From an uncultured Gammaproteobacteria bacterium (GTDB lineage: Bacteria; Pseudomonadota; Gammaproteobacteria; UBA9214), in assembly GCA_963827755.1 (NCBI GenBank), contig CAWHCQ010000011.1, positions 128,001 to 192,000 on the forward strand: a stretch of 64,000 nt of DNA, written 5' to 3'. Position 1 is the first letter of the stretch; each line of letters begins with the position of its first letter. The translations under genes were made by a program, and so were the position numbers. The notes under the pieces were generated by a model. The model had not been told where the DNA came from, did no database searches, and saw nothing but the letters and a program-made list of their open reading frames with translations. Below, in pieces: positions 20,761 through 32,575 of the stretch.

Positions 20761-22092
20761 ATGAGTAGACGCCCGCGCAAGAAACGCCTGCCGGAACCGG
20801 TAGCACAGATAAGCATCGAATCCCTCGGTCACGATGGCCGCGGCGTGACCCACCTCGATGGCAAGGCCGTGTTTATCGATGGCGCCTTGCCCGGCGAGGT
20901 GGTCAGTTTTGAATACCTGGCGAGCCGCAAAAAGTATGACGAGGGGCGTGTCCTCGAGGTGCTGCAGGCGTCACCGGACCGGGTGGAGCCCCGATGTCCG
21001 CACTTCGGCCTCTGCGGCGGCTGCAGCCTGCAGCACCTGGAGGCAAATGCCCAGATCCTGGCCAAGCAGCAGGTGTTGCTTGATAACCTCGGCCGCATCG
21101 GCAAGGTCGAGCCGGAGGCCGTGCTTGAGCCCTTGACCGGCCCGGTCTGGGGTTACCGCACCAAGGCACGGCTGGGCGCAAAATATGTGATCAGGAAAGG
21201 CCGGCTGCTGGTGGGCTTTCGGGAAAAGCGCATGCCCTATGTGGCCGACCTGTCGCGCTGCGAGGTGCTGCATCCTTCGGTAGGCGAGCGTTTCCGTGAA
21301 CTGGCAGAACTGATCGGCAGGCTGGAGGCGAAGGCAACTATCCCCCAGGTCGAGGTGTCTGTCAGTGAAGCCATCACGGCACTGGTATTCCGCCACCTCG
21401 AACCGCTATGCGAATCTGACCTTGCCGCATTCAGGCAGTTTTCCATCGATCAGGACATCCATGTCTACCTGCAGCCCGGCGGCCCGGACACGATCCGGCT
21501 GCTCTGGCCGGAACAGTCGACTTTGTCCTACCACCTGTCCGGGCAGGCTATCGAGATCCGCTTCAGACCCACCGACTTCACCCAGGTGAACGTGGATATC
21601 AATCAACAGATGGTGACGCGCGTGCTGGAGATGCTGAAGCTCGATTCACAGGACAGGGTGCTGGACCTGTTTTGCGGGCTGGGCAACTTTACCCTGCCGA
21701 TGGCACGGCTGGCCGGATCGGTTGTCGGGGTGGAGGGTGCCGCAGAACTGGTCAGCCGGGCACGTGACAATGCCGCGTTAAACAGGATCGAGAACGTAAG
21801 TTTTCATGCGGCAGACCTTGCAAAGGATAGTCCGGATGCCGCCTGGGCCGGCGGGGAGTACGACAAGGTGCTGCTGGATCCGCCACGCAGCGGGGCGGCC
21901 GAGGTGATGAGTGCCCTGGGAAGAATCCGGCCCCGGCAAATCGTCTATGTGTCCTGCCACCCCGGTTCACTGGCGCGTGATGCCGGAACCCTGGTCAACG
22001 ACATGGGTTATCGCCTGCGCTCGGCCGGTGTCATGGATATGTTCCCGCACACCGCGCACGTGGAATCGATTGCGTTGTTTCAATTGGGTTGA
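20761..22092 (+). CDS. rlmD: 23S rRNA m5U1939 methyltransferase
   Basis: TRAM domain, CGGCSLQH, FTQVN, LDLFCGLGNF, DPPRSG, DMFPHTAHVE. Confidence 0.96.
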   Translation: MSRRPRKKRLPEPVAQISIESLGHDGRGVTHLDGKAVFIDGALPGEVVSFEYLASRKKYDEGRVLEVLQASPDRVEPRCPHFGLCGGCSLQHLEANAQILAKQQVLLDNLGRIGKVEPEAVLEPLTGPVWGYRTKARLGAKYVIRKGRLLVGFREKRMPYVADLSRCEVLHPSVGERFRELAELIGRLEAKATIPQVEVSVSEAITALVFRHLEPLCESDLAAFRQFSIDQDIHVYLQPGGPDTIRLLWPEQSTLSYHLSGQAIEIRFRPTDFTQVNVDINQQMVTRVLEMLKLDSQDRVLDLFCGLGNFTLPMARLAGSVVGVEGAAELVSRARDNAALNRIENVSFHAADLAKDSPDAAWAGGEYDKVLLDPPRSGAAEVMSALGRIRPRQIVYVSCHPGSLARDAGTLVNDMGYRLRSAGVMDMFPHTAHVESIALFQLG

Positions 22093-22206
22093 CTGGTTTG
22101 TACGCGATTCTGATTTTTGCCACAGAGGACAAAGGGTTTTGTTTTTCCTGGCGCCATTGCGGCTTTGTGCGAGCAGGTTGTATTTAAAACAAATCCGCCT
22201 GGCCCG

Positions 22207-22794
22207 TTACTGCCGGTACCAGCGCTTGCTCAGTGCCAGGTAGACCCGGTTCGGGTACCAGCGTTTGCCGACACTGCCGTTGTAACGCGCCAGCGCCCTG
22301 AACATATTGCCTTTTTCACGTTTTAAATAAATGCCAAGAATGGTGCAGCCAAAGCGCAGGTTGGTGTGAATATTGAGCAGATTGTCATTCGGACGACCGA
22401 TCTCCTCCAGCCAGAAGGGCATGATCTGCATGAGTCCGAGTGCACCGGCGCTGGAAATGGCAAAGCGATCGAAGTTGCTTTCAACATTGATCAATGCGAG
22501 TACCAGTTCCGGGTCCAGCCCGGCGCGCGTCGCCTCGTAGTGGATAAGTTTCAGGATGCCAAGACGTTCCTCGGTATCTTCGACCCGTGATTCCAGGCGG
22601 CGGGACATGTCACTCAGCCAGACCTCCGCATCGAAGCGGTCGTCGAAGCTGTCACTGGAATTCACGGCAGCCACCAGCGCCTGGCGCATGTCCGCATCAG
22701 GGCGTTCCTGGGTGGCTGCCCAGGAGCGGGCGCCGGGCAGTAGCTGGCTAACCAGCAGCAGCGTGAAAAAACAGGTTTTCAGACGGGTATGCAT
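22207..22794 (-). CDS. Lytic transglycosylase (SLT domain)
   Basis: VESNFD, GALGLMQIMP, ALARYNG; downstream of proS. Confidence 0.9.
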   Translation of the reverse strand: MHTRLKTCFFTLLLVSQLLPGARSWAATQERPDADMRQALVAAVNSSDSFDDRFDAEVWLSDMSRRLESRVEDTEERLGILKLIHYEATRAGLDPELVLALINVESNFDRFAISSAGALGLMQIMPFWLEEIGRPNDNLLNIHTNLRFGCTILGIYLKREKGNMFRALARYNGSVGKRWYPNRVYLALSKRWYRQ

Positions 22795-22806
22795 GCCGTG
22801 ATTCAT

Positions 22807-24534
22807 TCACCCTTTATCGGCCTGTCCAGCGGCAAGTTTATCGCGGAGAAAGGCGACAATACCATCGTGCGGGATATCCTGGCTGTCGCTGTCGCCACGG
22901 GCCTTGTATTCAAGCATGCCCCTGTCGAGGTTTTTTTCACCGACGACAACGCGGTGGGGGATGCCAATCAACTCCATATCGGAGAACATTACGCCGGGGC
23001 GCACCAGCCGGTCATCCAGCAGGACATCCAGACCGGCAGCCAGGAATTCTTCATAGAGTGCATCGGTTGCTTCACGCACACGCTGTGACTTTTTCATATT
23101 CATCGGCAGCAGCGCAACCTGAAAGGGCGCAATCGGGGCCGGCCAGATGATGCCCTTGTCGTCGTGGTTCTGCTCGATGGCGGCAGCAACGGCGCGCGAG
23201 ACACCGAAGCCGTAACAACCCATGATCATCGGCGTGTCCCTGCCCTGCTCATCCAGCACGGTAGCCTTCATCGCCTCGCTGTACTTCAGGCCCAGCTGAA
23301 AAACATGGCCAACCTCGATGCCGCGTGCAATCGAGAGTGTACCCTTGCCATCCGGGCTTGGATCGCCGGCGACGACAGTGCGGATATCCGCGCATTCCGG
23401 TTTCGCAAGGTCGCGTCCCCAGTTGACCCCGGTGAGGTGCTTGCCATCCTCGTTGGCACCGCAGACAAAGTCGCCCAACGCGGCGGCTGCGTGGTCTGTA
23501 ATAACCGGTATCGACAGGCCCACCGGGCCGAGTGAGCCGGGCTTGCAGCCGGTGGCCTCGCGTATTTCTTCTTCGAAAGCGAACTGCAAGGGACTGGCGA
23601 CGGCCTCCAGTTTCTCTGCCTTGACGGCATTCAGCTCATGGTCGCCGCGCAGGACCAGTGCGACCACGCCGCTTTCGGCACCGCGCACCAGGATGGTTTT
23701 TACACAATGCTCCGGCCCGGTTTTCAGGAAGGCGCTGATGTCGCTGATGCTGTGTTGTCCCGGGGTATCGACAGTTTGTATCTCTGCCGCGGGTGCCGGG
23801 CGTTCGCCGGCGGGTGGCAGGGCGACGGCGTGTTCCACGTTGGCGGCATAGCCGCTGTCGGAGGAAAAGGCGATGGCGTCTTCGCCGGAATCGGCCAGCA
23901 CGTGGAACTCGTGGGAAACATTGCCGCCGATAGCCCCGCTGTCCGCCTCCACGGGGCGGAACTTCATGCCGAGCCTTTCCAGGATGCGGCTGTAGGCGTC
24001 GTACATTACCCGGTAGGTTTCTTCCAGGGACGCCTGGCTGGTATGAAAGGAGTAGGCGTCCTTCATCAGGAACTCGCGTGCGCGCATGATGCCGAAGCGC
24101 GGCCGGATTTCATCGCGAAACTTGGTCTGGATCTGGTAGTAGCTCACGGGCAGCTGTTTGTAGCTGCGGATTTCGTGACGCGCGATATCGGTGATGATTT
24201 CCTCGTGTGTCGGGCCGAAACAGAACTCGCGCTGGTGGCGATCCGTGATGCGCAGCAGTTCCGGGCCATATTGCTCCCAGCGCCCGGATTCATGCCAGAG
24301 CTCGGATGGCTGCACGGCCGGCATCAACAGCTCCATGGCGCCGGCCTGGTCCATCTCGTCACGGACAATCGTTTCAATCTTGCGCAGTACCCGCAGGCCC
24401 AGCGGCAGCCAGCTATAGATGCCTGCCGCCTGCTTCTTCAACATGCCGGCGCGCATCATCAACTGGTGGCTGACGATCTCGGCATCGGCCGGGGTTTCTT
24501 TCAGGGTGGAAAGGGGGAAACGGGAAAGGCGCAT
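22807..24534 (-). CDS. proS: Proline--tRNA ligase
   Basis: [27 protein letters not shown]. Confidence 0.98.
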   Translation of the reverse strand: MRLSRFPLSTLKETPADAEIVSHQLMMRAGMLKKQAAGIYSWLPLGLRVLRKIETIVRDEMDQAGAMELLMPAVQPSELWHESGRWEQYGPELLRITDRHQREFCFGPTHEEIITDIARHEIRSYKQLPVSYYQIQTKFRDEIRPRFGIMRAREFLMKDAYSFHTSQASLEETYRVMYDAYSRILERLGMKFRPVEADSGAIGGNVSHEFHVLADSGEDAIAFSSDSGYAANVEHAVALPPAGERPAPAAEIQTVDTPGQHSISDISAFLKTGPEHCVKTILVRGAESGVVALVLRGDHELNAVKAEKLEAVASPLQFAFEEEIREATGCKPGSLGPVGLSIPVITDHAAAALGDFVCGANEDGKHLTGVNWGRDLAKPECADIRTVVAGDPSPDGKGTLSIARGIEVGHVFQLGLKYSEAMKATVLDEQGRDTPMIMGCYGFGVSRAVAAAIEQNHDDKGIIWPAPIAPFQVALLPMNMKKSQRVREATDALYEEFLAAGLDVLLDDRLVRPGVMFSDMELIGIPHRVVVGEKNLDRGMLEYKARGDSDSQDIPHDGIVAFLRDKLAAGQADKG

Positions 24535-24604
24535 AATGGGTGACGGGTCTGGTTGAAACAGGCGGTTGATTGTAGTGGCCGCCGGGGTTCAGGTACAGGT
24601 TGAT

Positions 24605-24874
24605 CTATGGCTCACCACCCAGTTGTGGCGGCAGCGGCAGGACATTCACATCTTCACGGTAGTCGAGGATTTCGTAGGCTACGCCCTCGCGCGGCGGGTC
24701 GTCGGTGATTTGCCATACACCCTTGTCATTCTGCCATTTGTAAACCCGGGTGGTTTTTTTACTCAGCCCGGCCTCGGAGGACAGGTCCTCGATCCAGCTC
24801 CTGACAACAGGTGTCTGGTATAAATAAATCCCGCCGATCAGTGCCACGGCAAGCAATATCCAGAGCAGGCGCAT
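24605..24874 (-). CDS. Small membrane-anchored DUF4124-like protein
   Basis: N-terminal TM; VYKWQNDKGVWQITDDPP. Confidence 0.72.
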   Translation of the reverse strand: MRLLWILLAVALIGGIYLYQTPVVRSWIEDLSSEAGLSKKTTRVYKWQNDKGVWQITDDPPREGVAYEILDYREDVNVLPLPPQLGGEP

Positions 24875-25218
24875 TAAAACGTGCCGTTATTCCAGCCCCA
24901 CATCCTGCGGGGCGCATCGGTAAATTCTATATAGATGCGTGCGCTATCTATACCGGTTTCACTCGAAACCAGCTGGCAGAGCGCTTCCGAGACAGTGGCG
25001 GTAATGGACTCCGGCAGGCCGATGCTTTTCAGCTCGAGGAACGCCAGCGGTTCACCGGTTCCGGCAAATGTCATGGCGGCATTGCTTTCCACCGAGGTCA
25101 TGACATAGCGCTCGGGCTTGCCCAGCTGTTCGGCGACCAGCGCAGAGGCCCGTGCGGCGAGCGAACCGGCGTCAGCCCCGGCCAGGGGCTTGTTGGTTTG
25201 TATGCGTAAAAAAGGCAT
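24874..25218 (-). CDS. MIF/phenylpyruvate tautomerase family protein
   Basis: N-terminal Pro (MPFL), LGKPERYVM, LKSIGL, RIYIEF, WGWNNGTF. Confidence 0.9.
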   Translation of the reverse strand: MPFLRIQTNKPLAGADAGSLAARASALVAEQLGKPERYVMTSVESNAAMTFAGTGEPLAFLELKSIGLPESITATVSEALCQLVSSETGIDSARIYIEFTDAPRRMWGWNNGTF

Positions 25219-25239
25219 TTCAGGATTTTTCCGGCCCGC

Positions 25240-25731
25240 TCATTCGGTGCAGTATTTTTCGATCTGTTTTTTGGTCGTGTCGATGAGTTTTTTACGTTCT
25301 TCATCGGTAGGACGCAGGTATTCGCCCTTGTCATTGATGAAATTGCGCTGGCTTTTTGTCTCCAGTGCTGCCAGGTTCCGGGTGGCCGCATCACAGTTAA
25401 TCCGCCTGATTTCAGCATTTTCCTTCTCCTGTTCAGCCGTCAGGGCATCGACTTCCTTGTCTTTCTTCTCTTTCTCAAGGCGAGCCTGCTGCTTGACTAC
25501 AGGATTTACGGTGGCTGCAGGGGGGGCAGGCGGGAGGTATCTTTGTTTGATTTGTTCCGAGTGGACGCCCGAGGGAGGTGGCATTTGCGTGTAGTTGATC
25601 TTGCCGTCCTCACCGATCCATTTGTAAATTTCGGCCATGACCAGGGAGGAAGGTATGAGTGTGCACAGGGCGATCAGGCAGGCGAGCAGTATCCGGCTGC
25701 TGCCTTGGGCTGTTGTTCCACGATGTGTCAT
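25240..25731 (-). CDS. Exported DUF4124 domain protein
   Basis: Signal peptide, IYKWIGEDGKINYTQMPP, coiled-coil tail with two Cys. Confidence 0.8.
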   Translation of the reverse strand: MTHRGTTAQGSSRILLACLIALCTLIPSSLVMAEIYKWIGEDGKINYTQMPPPSGVHSEQIKQRYLPPAPPAATVNPVVKQQARLEKEKKDKEVDALTAEQEKENAEIRRINCDAATRNLAALETKSQRNFINDKGEYLRPTDEERKKLIDTTKKQIEKYCTE

Positions 25732-25860
25732 TTTGCGGGGTCCATAAATGAAAACTATGAAGATAGTATGGTTGTTTGCAGGCCAGAACAAGTCACCCGG
25801 TCACACATTCAGGCTTTCACCCGGGAGCATCGCCGCGTGGCCGCCCGGTCCGTGTATCCC

Positions 25861-25889
25861 TTGACCTTTACTTTGAATATCAGTACTTT
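25861..25889 (+). promoter_or_regulatory. Sigma-70 promoter of ilvIHC
   Basis: TTGACC-17 bp-TACTTT. Confidence 0.65.
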
Positions 25890-25916
25890 CTACTATTATA
25901 CTAATGCGACCTGCCG

Positions 25917-25939
25917 GCCCGTTGTTCGGGCTTTTTTTT
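25917..25939 (+). terminator. Terminator-like hairpin in the ilvI leader
   Basis: GCCCG-TTGTT-CGGGC followed by T8. Confidence 0.6.
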
Positions 25940-25991
25940 ACCCGCCAAAAAAGGCCGGAAAACAGTGTCTTTGGCATCCAGGAGGATACAG

Positions 25992-27687
25992 GTGGAATTG
26001 ACCGGCGCGGACATTTTTGTGCGCTCGCTGCGTGAAGAGGGAGTCGACTTTATTTTCGGTTATCCCGGCGGGGCGGTGCTGCATATCTATGACGCACTTT
26101 ATACGCAGACAGGATGTGCAGCACATCCTGGTACGGCATGAGCAGGCGGCTACCCATGCCGCGGATGGCTATGCCCGTGCGACCGGTAAGCCGGGTGTTG
26201 TCATCGTGACCTCGGGTCCGGGTGCGACCAATGCTGTCACCGGGATTGCAACGGCCTTTATGGATTCGATCCCGATGGTGGTGTTCACCGGGCAGGTGCC
26301 TACACACCTGATAGGCAACGATGCCTTCCAGGAAGCCGACAACATCGGCATTACGCGGCCGTGCGTGAAGCACAACTTTCTTGTGAAAGACGTCAAGGAC
26401 ATAGCCGTGACCATCAAGAAGGCCTTTTACGTCGCGACGACCGGTCGACCCGGACCGGTGGTGGTCGATCTGCCGAAAGACATTACGGCGGACAAGGCCG
26501 AGTTCCACTATCCGGGCAAGGTCGAGATGCGCTCCTATAACCCGGTACATGTCGGGCATGCCGGGCAGATCAAGCGTGCAGTCAAACTGCTGAAGAGTGC
26601 CAGGCGTCCGATGATCTATACCGGTGGTGGCGTTATCCTCGGCAATGCCTCGGAGTCACTGACCGAACTGACGCGGTCGCTGGGTTACCCGATCACCAAT
26701 ACATTGATGGGGCTGGGCGCCTACCCTGCAACGGACCCGCTGTTTGTCGGCATGCTCGGTATGCACGGGACCTACGAAGCCAATATGGCCATGCATCACT
26801 GTGATGTGCTGTTTGCCGTCGGCGCCCGCTTTGATGACCGGGTCACCGGTAATATCGAAAAATTCTGTCCCCATGCAAAAATTATTCACATCGATATCGA
26901 CCCTGCAAGCATTTCGAAGAACGTCAAGGTGGATATCCCCATCGTCGGCTGTGTGGCCAATGTCCTCAAGGCGATGCTGAAGGAAACCGAGGCCGGGAAA
27001 AAAGGCCCGGACAAGGATGCCCTGAAGGAGTGGTGGGCGCAGATCGACGAATGGCGTTCGAAAAACTGTCTCGAGTACAAGATGGATGATGCGGTTATCA
27101 AGCCGCAGTATGTAGTGGAGACTCTCTACAAACTGACCGACGGTGATGCCTTTATTACCTCGGACGTGGGTCAGCACCAGATGTGGGCCGCGCAGTACTA
27201 CAAGTTCGACAAGCCGCGTCGCTGGATCAATTCCGGCGGACTGGGCACGATGGGGTTTGGTTTACCGTCCGCAATGGGTGTGCAACTCGCGTACCCGAAT
27301 GACACGGTTGCCTGTGTAACAGGCGAGGGCAGTATCCAGATGTGTATCCAGGAGCTCTCCACCTGCAAGCAGTATGCTTTACCGATCAAGATTATCAATT
27401 TGAACAACGGCATGCTCGGCATGGTTCGCCAGTGGCAGGAGTTCTTCTACCAGAAGCGCTATGCCATGTCGTACATGGAGTCCTTGCCGGATTTCGTGAA
27501 ACTGGCGGAGAGCTACGGTCATGTCGGTATGCAGATCAAAAAGCCGGCGGATGTCGAGGGTGCGCTGATCGAGATGCTGAAAATGAAAGACCGCCTGGTA
27601 TTCATGGATTTCCTGACGGATGCGACCGAGAATGTCTACCCGATGATTCCGGCCGGTGGCGGCCAGAACGAAATGATACTCGTTTGA
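25992..27687 (+). CDS. ilvI: Acetolactate synthase large subunit; apparent +1 indel near 26109
   Basis: GTG at 25992 after a GGAGG RBS gives [37 protein letters not shown]; the next frame continues HILVRHEQ...TGEGSIQM. Confidence 0.95.
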
Positions 27688-27688
27688 G

Positions 27689-28180
27689 ATGCGACATATA
27701 ATCTCGATTCTGATGGAAAACGAGGCCGGTGCGCTGTCACGGGTTGCCGGGCTGTTCTCGGCGCGCGGTTACAACATCGAGTCGCTGACCGTTGCCCCGA
27801 CCGAAGATCCCTCGCTGTCACGCATGACGCTGGTGACACGGGGAACGGAAGAAGTCATCGAGCAGATTACCAAACAGTTGAATAAACTGATTGATGTGGT
27901 CAAGTTGATGGATATGACCGATGGCCCGCACATTGAGCGCGAGATGATGCTGATCAAGGTGCAGGCTATGGGCGAGATGAGAAATGAGTTGAAGCGCATC
28001 TCGGATATTTTTCGCGGACGTGTGATTGACGTAACCGATGAAACCTACACGATCGAGTTGACCGGTGCCGGCAACAAGCTGGATGCTTTTATTCAGGCGC
28101 TGGATCCGGGACTTATTATCGAGGTGGTGCGCTCCGGTGTATCCGGGATTGCGCGCGGCGCGCGCTCATTGAAAGTCTAG
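27689..28180 (+). CDS. ilvH: Acetolactate synthase small subunit
   Basis: ENEAGALSRVAGLFSARGYNIESL. Confidence 0.97.
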   Translation: MRHIISILMENEAGALSRVAGLFSARGYNIESLTVAPTEDPSLSRMTLVTRGTEEVIEQITKQLNKLIDVVKLMDMTDGPHIEREMMLIKVQAMGEMRNELKRISDIFRGRVIDVTDETYTIELTGAGNKLDAFIQALDPGLIIEVVRSGVSGIARGARSLKV

Positions 28181-28229
28181 ACAGGATTTCTATTAACAGG
28201 GTGCTGTTGACAGCGGCGCCAATGACTAA

Positions 28230-29264
<1,035 letters not shown>

Positions 29265-29311
29265 GGTCTGGCAGCATCTTCAGGATACGGCTGTCTGACC
29301 GGAGTTAGTCC

Positions 29312-29923
29312 GTGAATCGATATACAGTTATTGCCAGGGAGGGCCATGCGCCGTTACTGGCAGCCCTGGTCGCCGCCTTCATGGTGTGGCATTTCGTGAG
29401 TCTGCCGGCTTCACTGTTCTTCTGGGTGCTCGTGGGGCTGGTGATTTTTATATTCCGTGACCCGGAACGGAATATCCCTTCAATACCCCTGGCGGTTGTC
29501 AGCCCTGCAGATGGGAAAATCGCCTCCATCGATACGATTTTCGACCCTTACCTTGAACGGCAGAGTATCCGTGTAATCGTGCAGATGCACACCTACGGCG
29601 TGTTTACCACGCGCAGCCCGGTGGAAGGCAAGGTGCAGGAGCCGCCGCACCTGCCCGCAGGTGTAAAAACACCCCACGGTGTCTGGCTGAAGACCAATGA
29701 AGACGATGATGTCGTCATGGTCATGAACAGGGGGCGTCTGAATGCGGGACCGCGCTGTTATATCCGTTTTGGAGAGCGCATCGGACAGGGAAAACGCTGC
29801 GGTTTTGTCCCCCTGGGTAGCCAGATTGATCTCTACCTGCCTGAACAGTCACGCATCGCCGTTGCGGTCGGCGACTCCGTGCTGGGCGGCGCGGATGTCA
29901 TCGCAAACCTGGTACATGCTTGA
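29312..29923 (+). CDS. psd: Phosphatidylserine decarboxylase-related protein (short type, divergent)
   Basis: FRDPER, VVSPADG, LGSQIDLYLP; precedes pssA. Confidence 0.8.
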   Translation: MNRYTVIAREGHAPLLAALVAAFMVWHFVSLPASLFFWVLVGLVIFIFRDPERNIPSIPLAVVSPADGKIASIDTIFDPYLERQSIRVIVQMHTYGVFTTRSPVEGKVQEPPHLPAGVKTPHGVWLKTNEDDDVVMVMNRGRLNAGPRCYIRFGERIGQGKRCGFVPLGSQIDLYLPEQSRIAVAVGDSVLGGADVIANLVHA

Positions 29924-29946
29924 CAAGCCCGCGGGTTGCAATAGAC

Positions 29947-30711
29947 ATGGATACAGAGGACAAAACACACAAGACTCCGCGCGGCATCTATCTGTTGCCG
30001 AATATGATTACAACCGCGGGCCTGTTTGCCGGGTTTTATGCCATTGTGGCGGCAATGAACAATCGCTTTGAGGCGGCAGCCGTTGCTATCTTTGTGGCCA
30101 TGATCATGGACGGCATTGATGGACGCGTGGCCCGCCTGACAAACACACAGAGTGACTTCGGGGTGCAGTACGACAGCCTGGCGGATATGGTCAGTTTCGG
30201 ACTTGCCCCGGCACTGGTGGTCTATGAATGGTCGTTGAAGTCGATGGCCAGTTTTGGCTGGGCCAAGCTTGGCTGGCTGGCGGCGTTCGTTTATACAGCC
30301 AGCGCCGCCTTGCGACTGGCGCGCTTCAATTCACAGGTAGATATTGCCGAGAAGCTGTATTTCAAGGGGCTGCCGAGTCCGTCCGCTGCCGGGTTGCTGG
30401 CCGGCATGGTCTGGGTGAGCGCCGATCTCGGCGTGGCTGGTGAGGATGTCGTGTATGCGGCATTTGTGCTGACTCTCGTCGCAGGCTTGCTGATGGTCAG
30501 TAATGTCCGATACTACAGTTTCAAGGAATTCCACTTCAAGAACCGCGTTTCGTTTATCGCAATGCTTGCCGTGGTGCTGGTCTATGCCTTTGCCTCTATT
30601 GACCCTCCCAAGGTTCTGTTTGCCGGTTTCCTGATCTACATGATATTCGGAATCGTCTATACCTTGCTGGCAATCCGCAAACGGCGAAGGGCGGCAAAAC
30701 GCGGGGAATAG
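29947..30711 (+). CDS. pssA: CDP-diacylglycerol--serine O-phosphatidyltransferase
   Basis: RGIYLLPN, DGIDGRVAR...DSLADMVSFG. Confidence 0.95.
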   Translation: MDTEDKTHKTPRGIYLLPNMITTAGLFAGFYAIVAAMNNRFEAAAVAIFVAMIMDGIDGRVARLTNTQSDFGVQYDSLADMVSFGLAPALVVYEWSLKSMASFGWAKLGWLAAFVYTASAALRLARFNSQVDIAEKLYFKGLPSPSAAGLLAGMVWVSADLGVAGEDVVYAAFVLTLVAGLLMVSNVRYYSFKEFHFKNRVSFIAMLAVVLVYAFASIDPPKVLFAGFLIYMIFGIVYTLLAIRKRRRAAKRGE

Positions 30712-30768
30712 CCAATCGTCATTCATCGTGCTTGGCAAGTCAGCCACTTTAATCTATAGTCTTTGACC

Positions 30769-30870
30769 ATGATCTGCATTAACAGCACAGGCTGTGTACA
30801 TCGATTGGCCTCCATTCGGACAGGTTCACTTCTGCTATCCTTTCTGCGACTGCTGCCTGCGGGCAGATAA
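30769..30870 (+). promoter_or_regulatory. Putative Leu-rich leader peptide (33 aa) upstream of leuA
   Basis: MICINSTGCVHRLASIRTGSLLLSFLRLLPAGR*; six Leu codons within nine, including CTT CTG CTA. Confidence 0.6.
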
Positions 30871-31009
30871 TTCCATACCTGGCGAGGTCAAACGCAGCTA
30901 AACAAGAACCAGTCCAGCAGCCCGCAACGGGGAATCCGGCATGCCGGGTATCATCCTCCGGTGAAACAGGTCATGGCCGCGGCGTGTTGCCAACTCCCGA
31001 CGGAGTCCG

Positions 31010-32563
31010 ATGATGAGTAATACTGACAAATTAATAATTTTTGATACAACCTTGCGCGATGGCGAGCAGAGTCCCGGCGCGTCCATGACCCGGGATGAAA
31101 AAGTGCGTATCGCCAGGGCGCTCGAGAAGCTGCGGGTCGATGTGATAGAGGCCGGTTTCCCGGTTGCCAGTCCCGGTGATTTTGAAGCGGTACAGGCGGT
31201 CGCACGTGCGGTGAAGGAGAGCACGGTGTGTGGGCTGGCGCGTACCCTTGACGGTGATATTGACAGGGCGGGAGAGGCCCTGAAACCGGCGGCCTCGGCT
31301 CGAATTCATACCTTTATTGCAACGTCCCCGGTTCACATGCAGATGAAACTGCGCATGCAGCCGGACCAGGTGGTCGAACAGGCGGTGCGGGCCGTGAAGC
31401 GGGCTGGCAGGTATACCGATGATATCGAGTTCTCCCCGGAGGATGCCGGGCGTTCCGAGTTTGACTTTCTGTGTCGTGTCATCGAGGCCGTTATCGATGC
31501 CGGTGCGACGACGGTAAACATCCCGGACACCGTGGGCTACAACCTGCCGCACCAGTTTGGTGATTTGATCCGCAGACTGATTGAACGGGTGCCCAATTCC
31601 GACAAGGCGATTTTCTCGGTGCATTGTCACAACGATCTCGGGCTGGCGGTTGGCAACTCGCTCTCGGCAGTGCTTAATGGCGCCCGCCAGGTCGAGTGCA
31701 CGATCAACGGGCTGGGCGAGCGTGCGGGTAATGCCGCGCTTGAAGAGATTGTCATGACGGTGAAGACCCGCCAGGATGTTTTCCCGTGCCGGACAGACCT
31801 CGACACCACGCAGATCATGACCTGTTCGAGGCTGGTGTCCGGGATCACCGGTTTTGCGGTGCAGCCCAACAAGGCGATCGTCGGCGCGAATGCCTTTGCG
31901 CATGAATCAGGTATCCACCAGGACGGTGTACTGAAGAGTCGCGAGACCTATGAAATCATGCGTGCCCAGGATGTGGGCTGGGCGGCAAACCGGATTGTGC
32001 TCGGCAAGCATTCGGGCCGCAACGCCTTCCGCACCCGTTTGAAGGAACTCGGTATCGAGCACGGGTCCGAAGAGGACTTGAATGATGCCTTCTCGAGGTT
32101 CAAGGACCTGGCCGACAAGAAACATGAAATCTTCGATGAAGATCTGCAGGCACTGGTTACGGAATCGGGCCTGGAGTCGGCAGATGACTGGCTCAAGCTG
32201 GTGTCCCTGAAGGTCTGCAGCGAGACCGGTGAAACACCGCATGCCAGAATCGTATTATGGATGGATGGGGCAGAGAAAAAGGCCGAATGCTCCGGAAGCG
32301 GGCCGGTGGATGCGGCATTCCGGGCAATCGAGGAGCTGGTTAACAGCGGCACTGAATTACAGCTCTATTCAGTTAACAATATTACCAGCGGCACGGACTC
32401 GCAGGGAGAGGTGACGGTACGTTTGCAAAAGGGCGGGCGCATTGTTAACGGACAGGGGGCGGATACCGATATTGTGATTGCCTCTGCCAAGTCCTATGTC
32501 AACGCCATCAACAAAATCATCAAGCCCGAGAAGCGTGCGCACCCGCAGATGGGGGATGTCTGA
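31010..32563 (+). CDS. leuA: 2-isopropylmalate synthase
   Basis: [27 protein letters not shown]; regulatory domain GPVDA. Confidence 0.97.
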   Translation: MMSNTDKLIIFDTTLRDGEQSPGASMTRDEKVRIARALEKLRVDVIEAGFPVASPGDFEAVQAVARAVKESTVCGLARTLDGDIDRAGEALKPAASARIHTFIATSPVHMQMKLRMQPDQVVEQAVRAVKRAGRYTDDIEFSPEDAGRSEFDFLCRVIEAVIDAGATTVNIPDTVGYNLPHQFGDLIRRLIERVPNSDKAIFSVHCHNDLGLAVGNSLSAVLNGARQVECTINGLGERAGNAALEEIVMTVKTRQDVFPCRTDLDTTQIMTCSRLVSGITGFAVQPNKAIVGANAFAHESGIHQDGVLKSRETYEIMRAQDVGWAANRIVLGKHSGRNAFRTRLKELGIEHGSEEDLNDAFSRFKDLADKKHEIFDEDLQALVTESGLESADDWLKLVSLKVCSETGETPHARIVLWMDGAEKKAECSGSGPVDAAFRAIEELVNSGTELQLYSVNNITSGTDSQGEVTVRLQKGGRIVNGQGADTDIVIASAKSYVNAINKIIKPEKRAHPQMGDV

Positions 32564-32575
32564 ACAACAGCTGTT

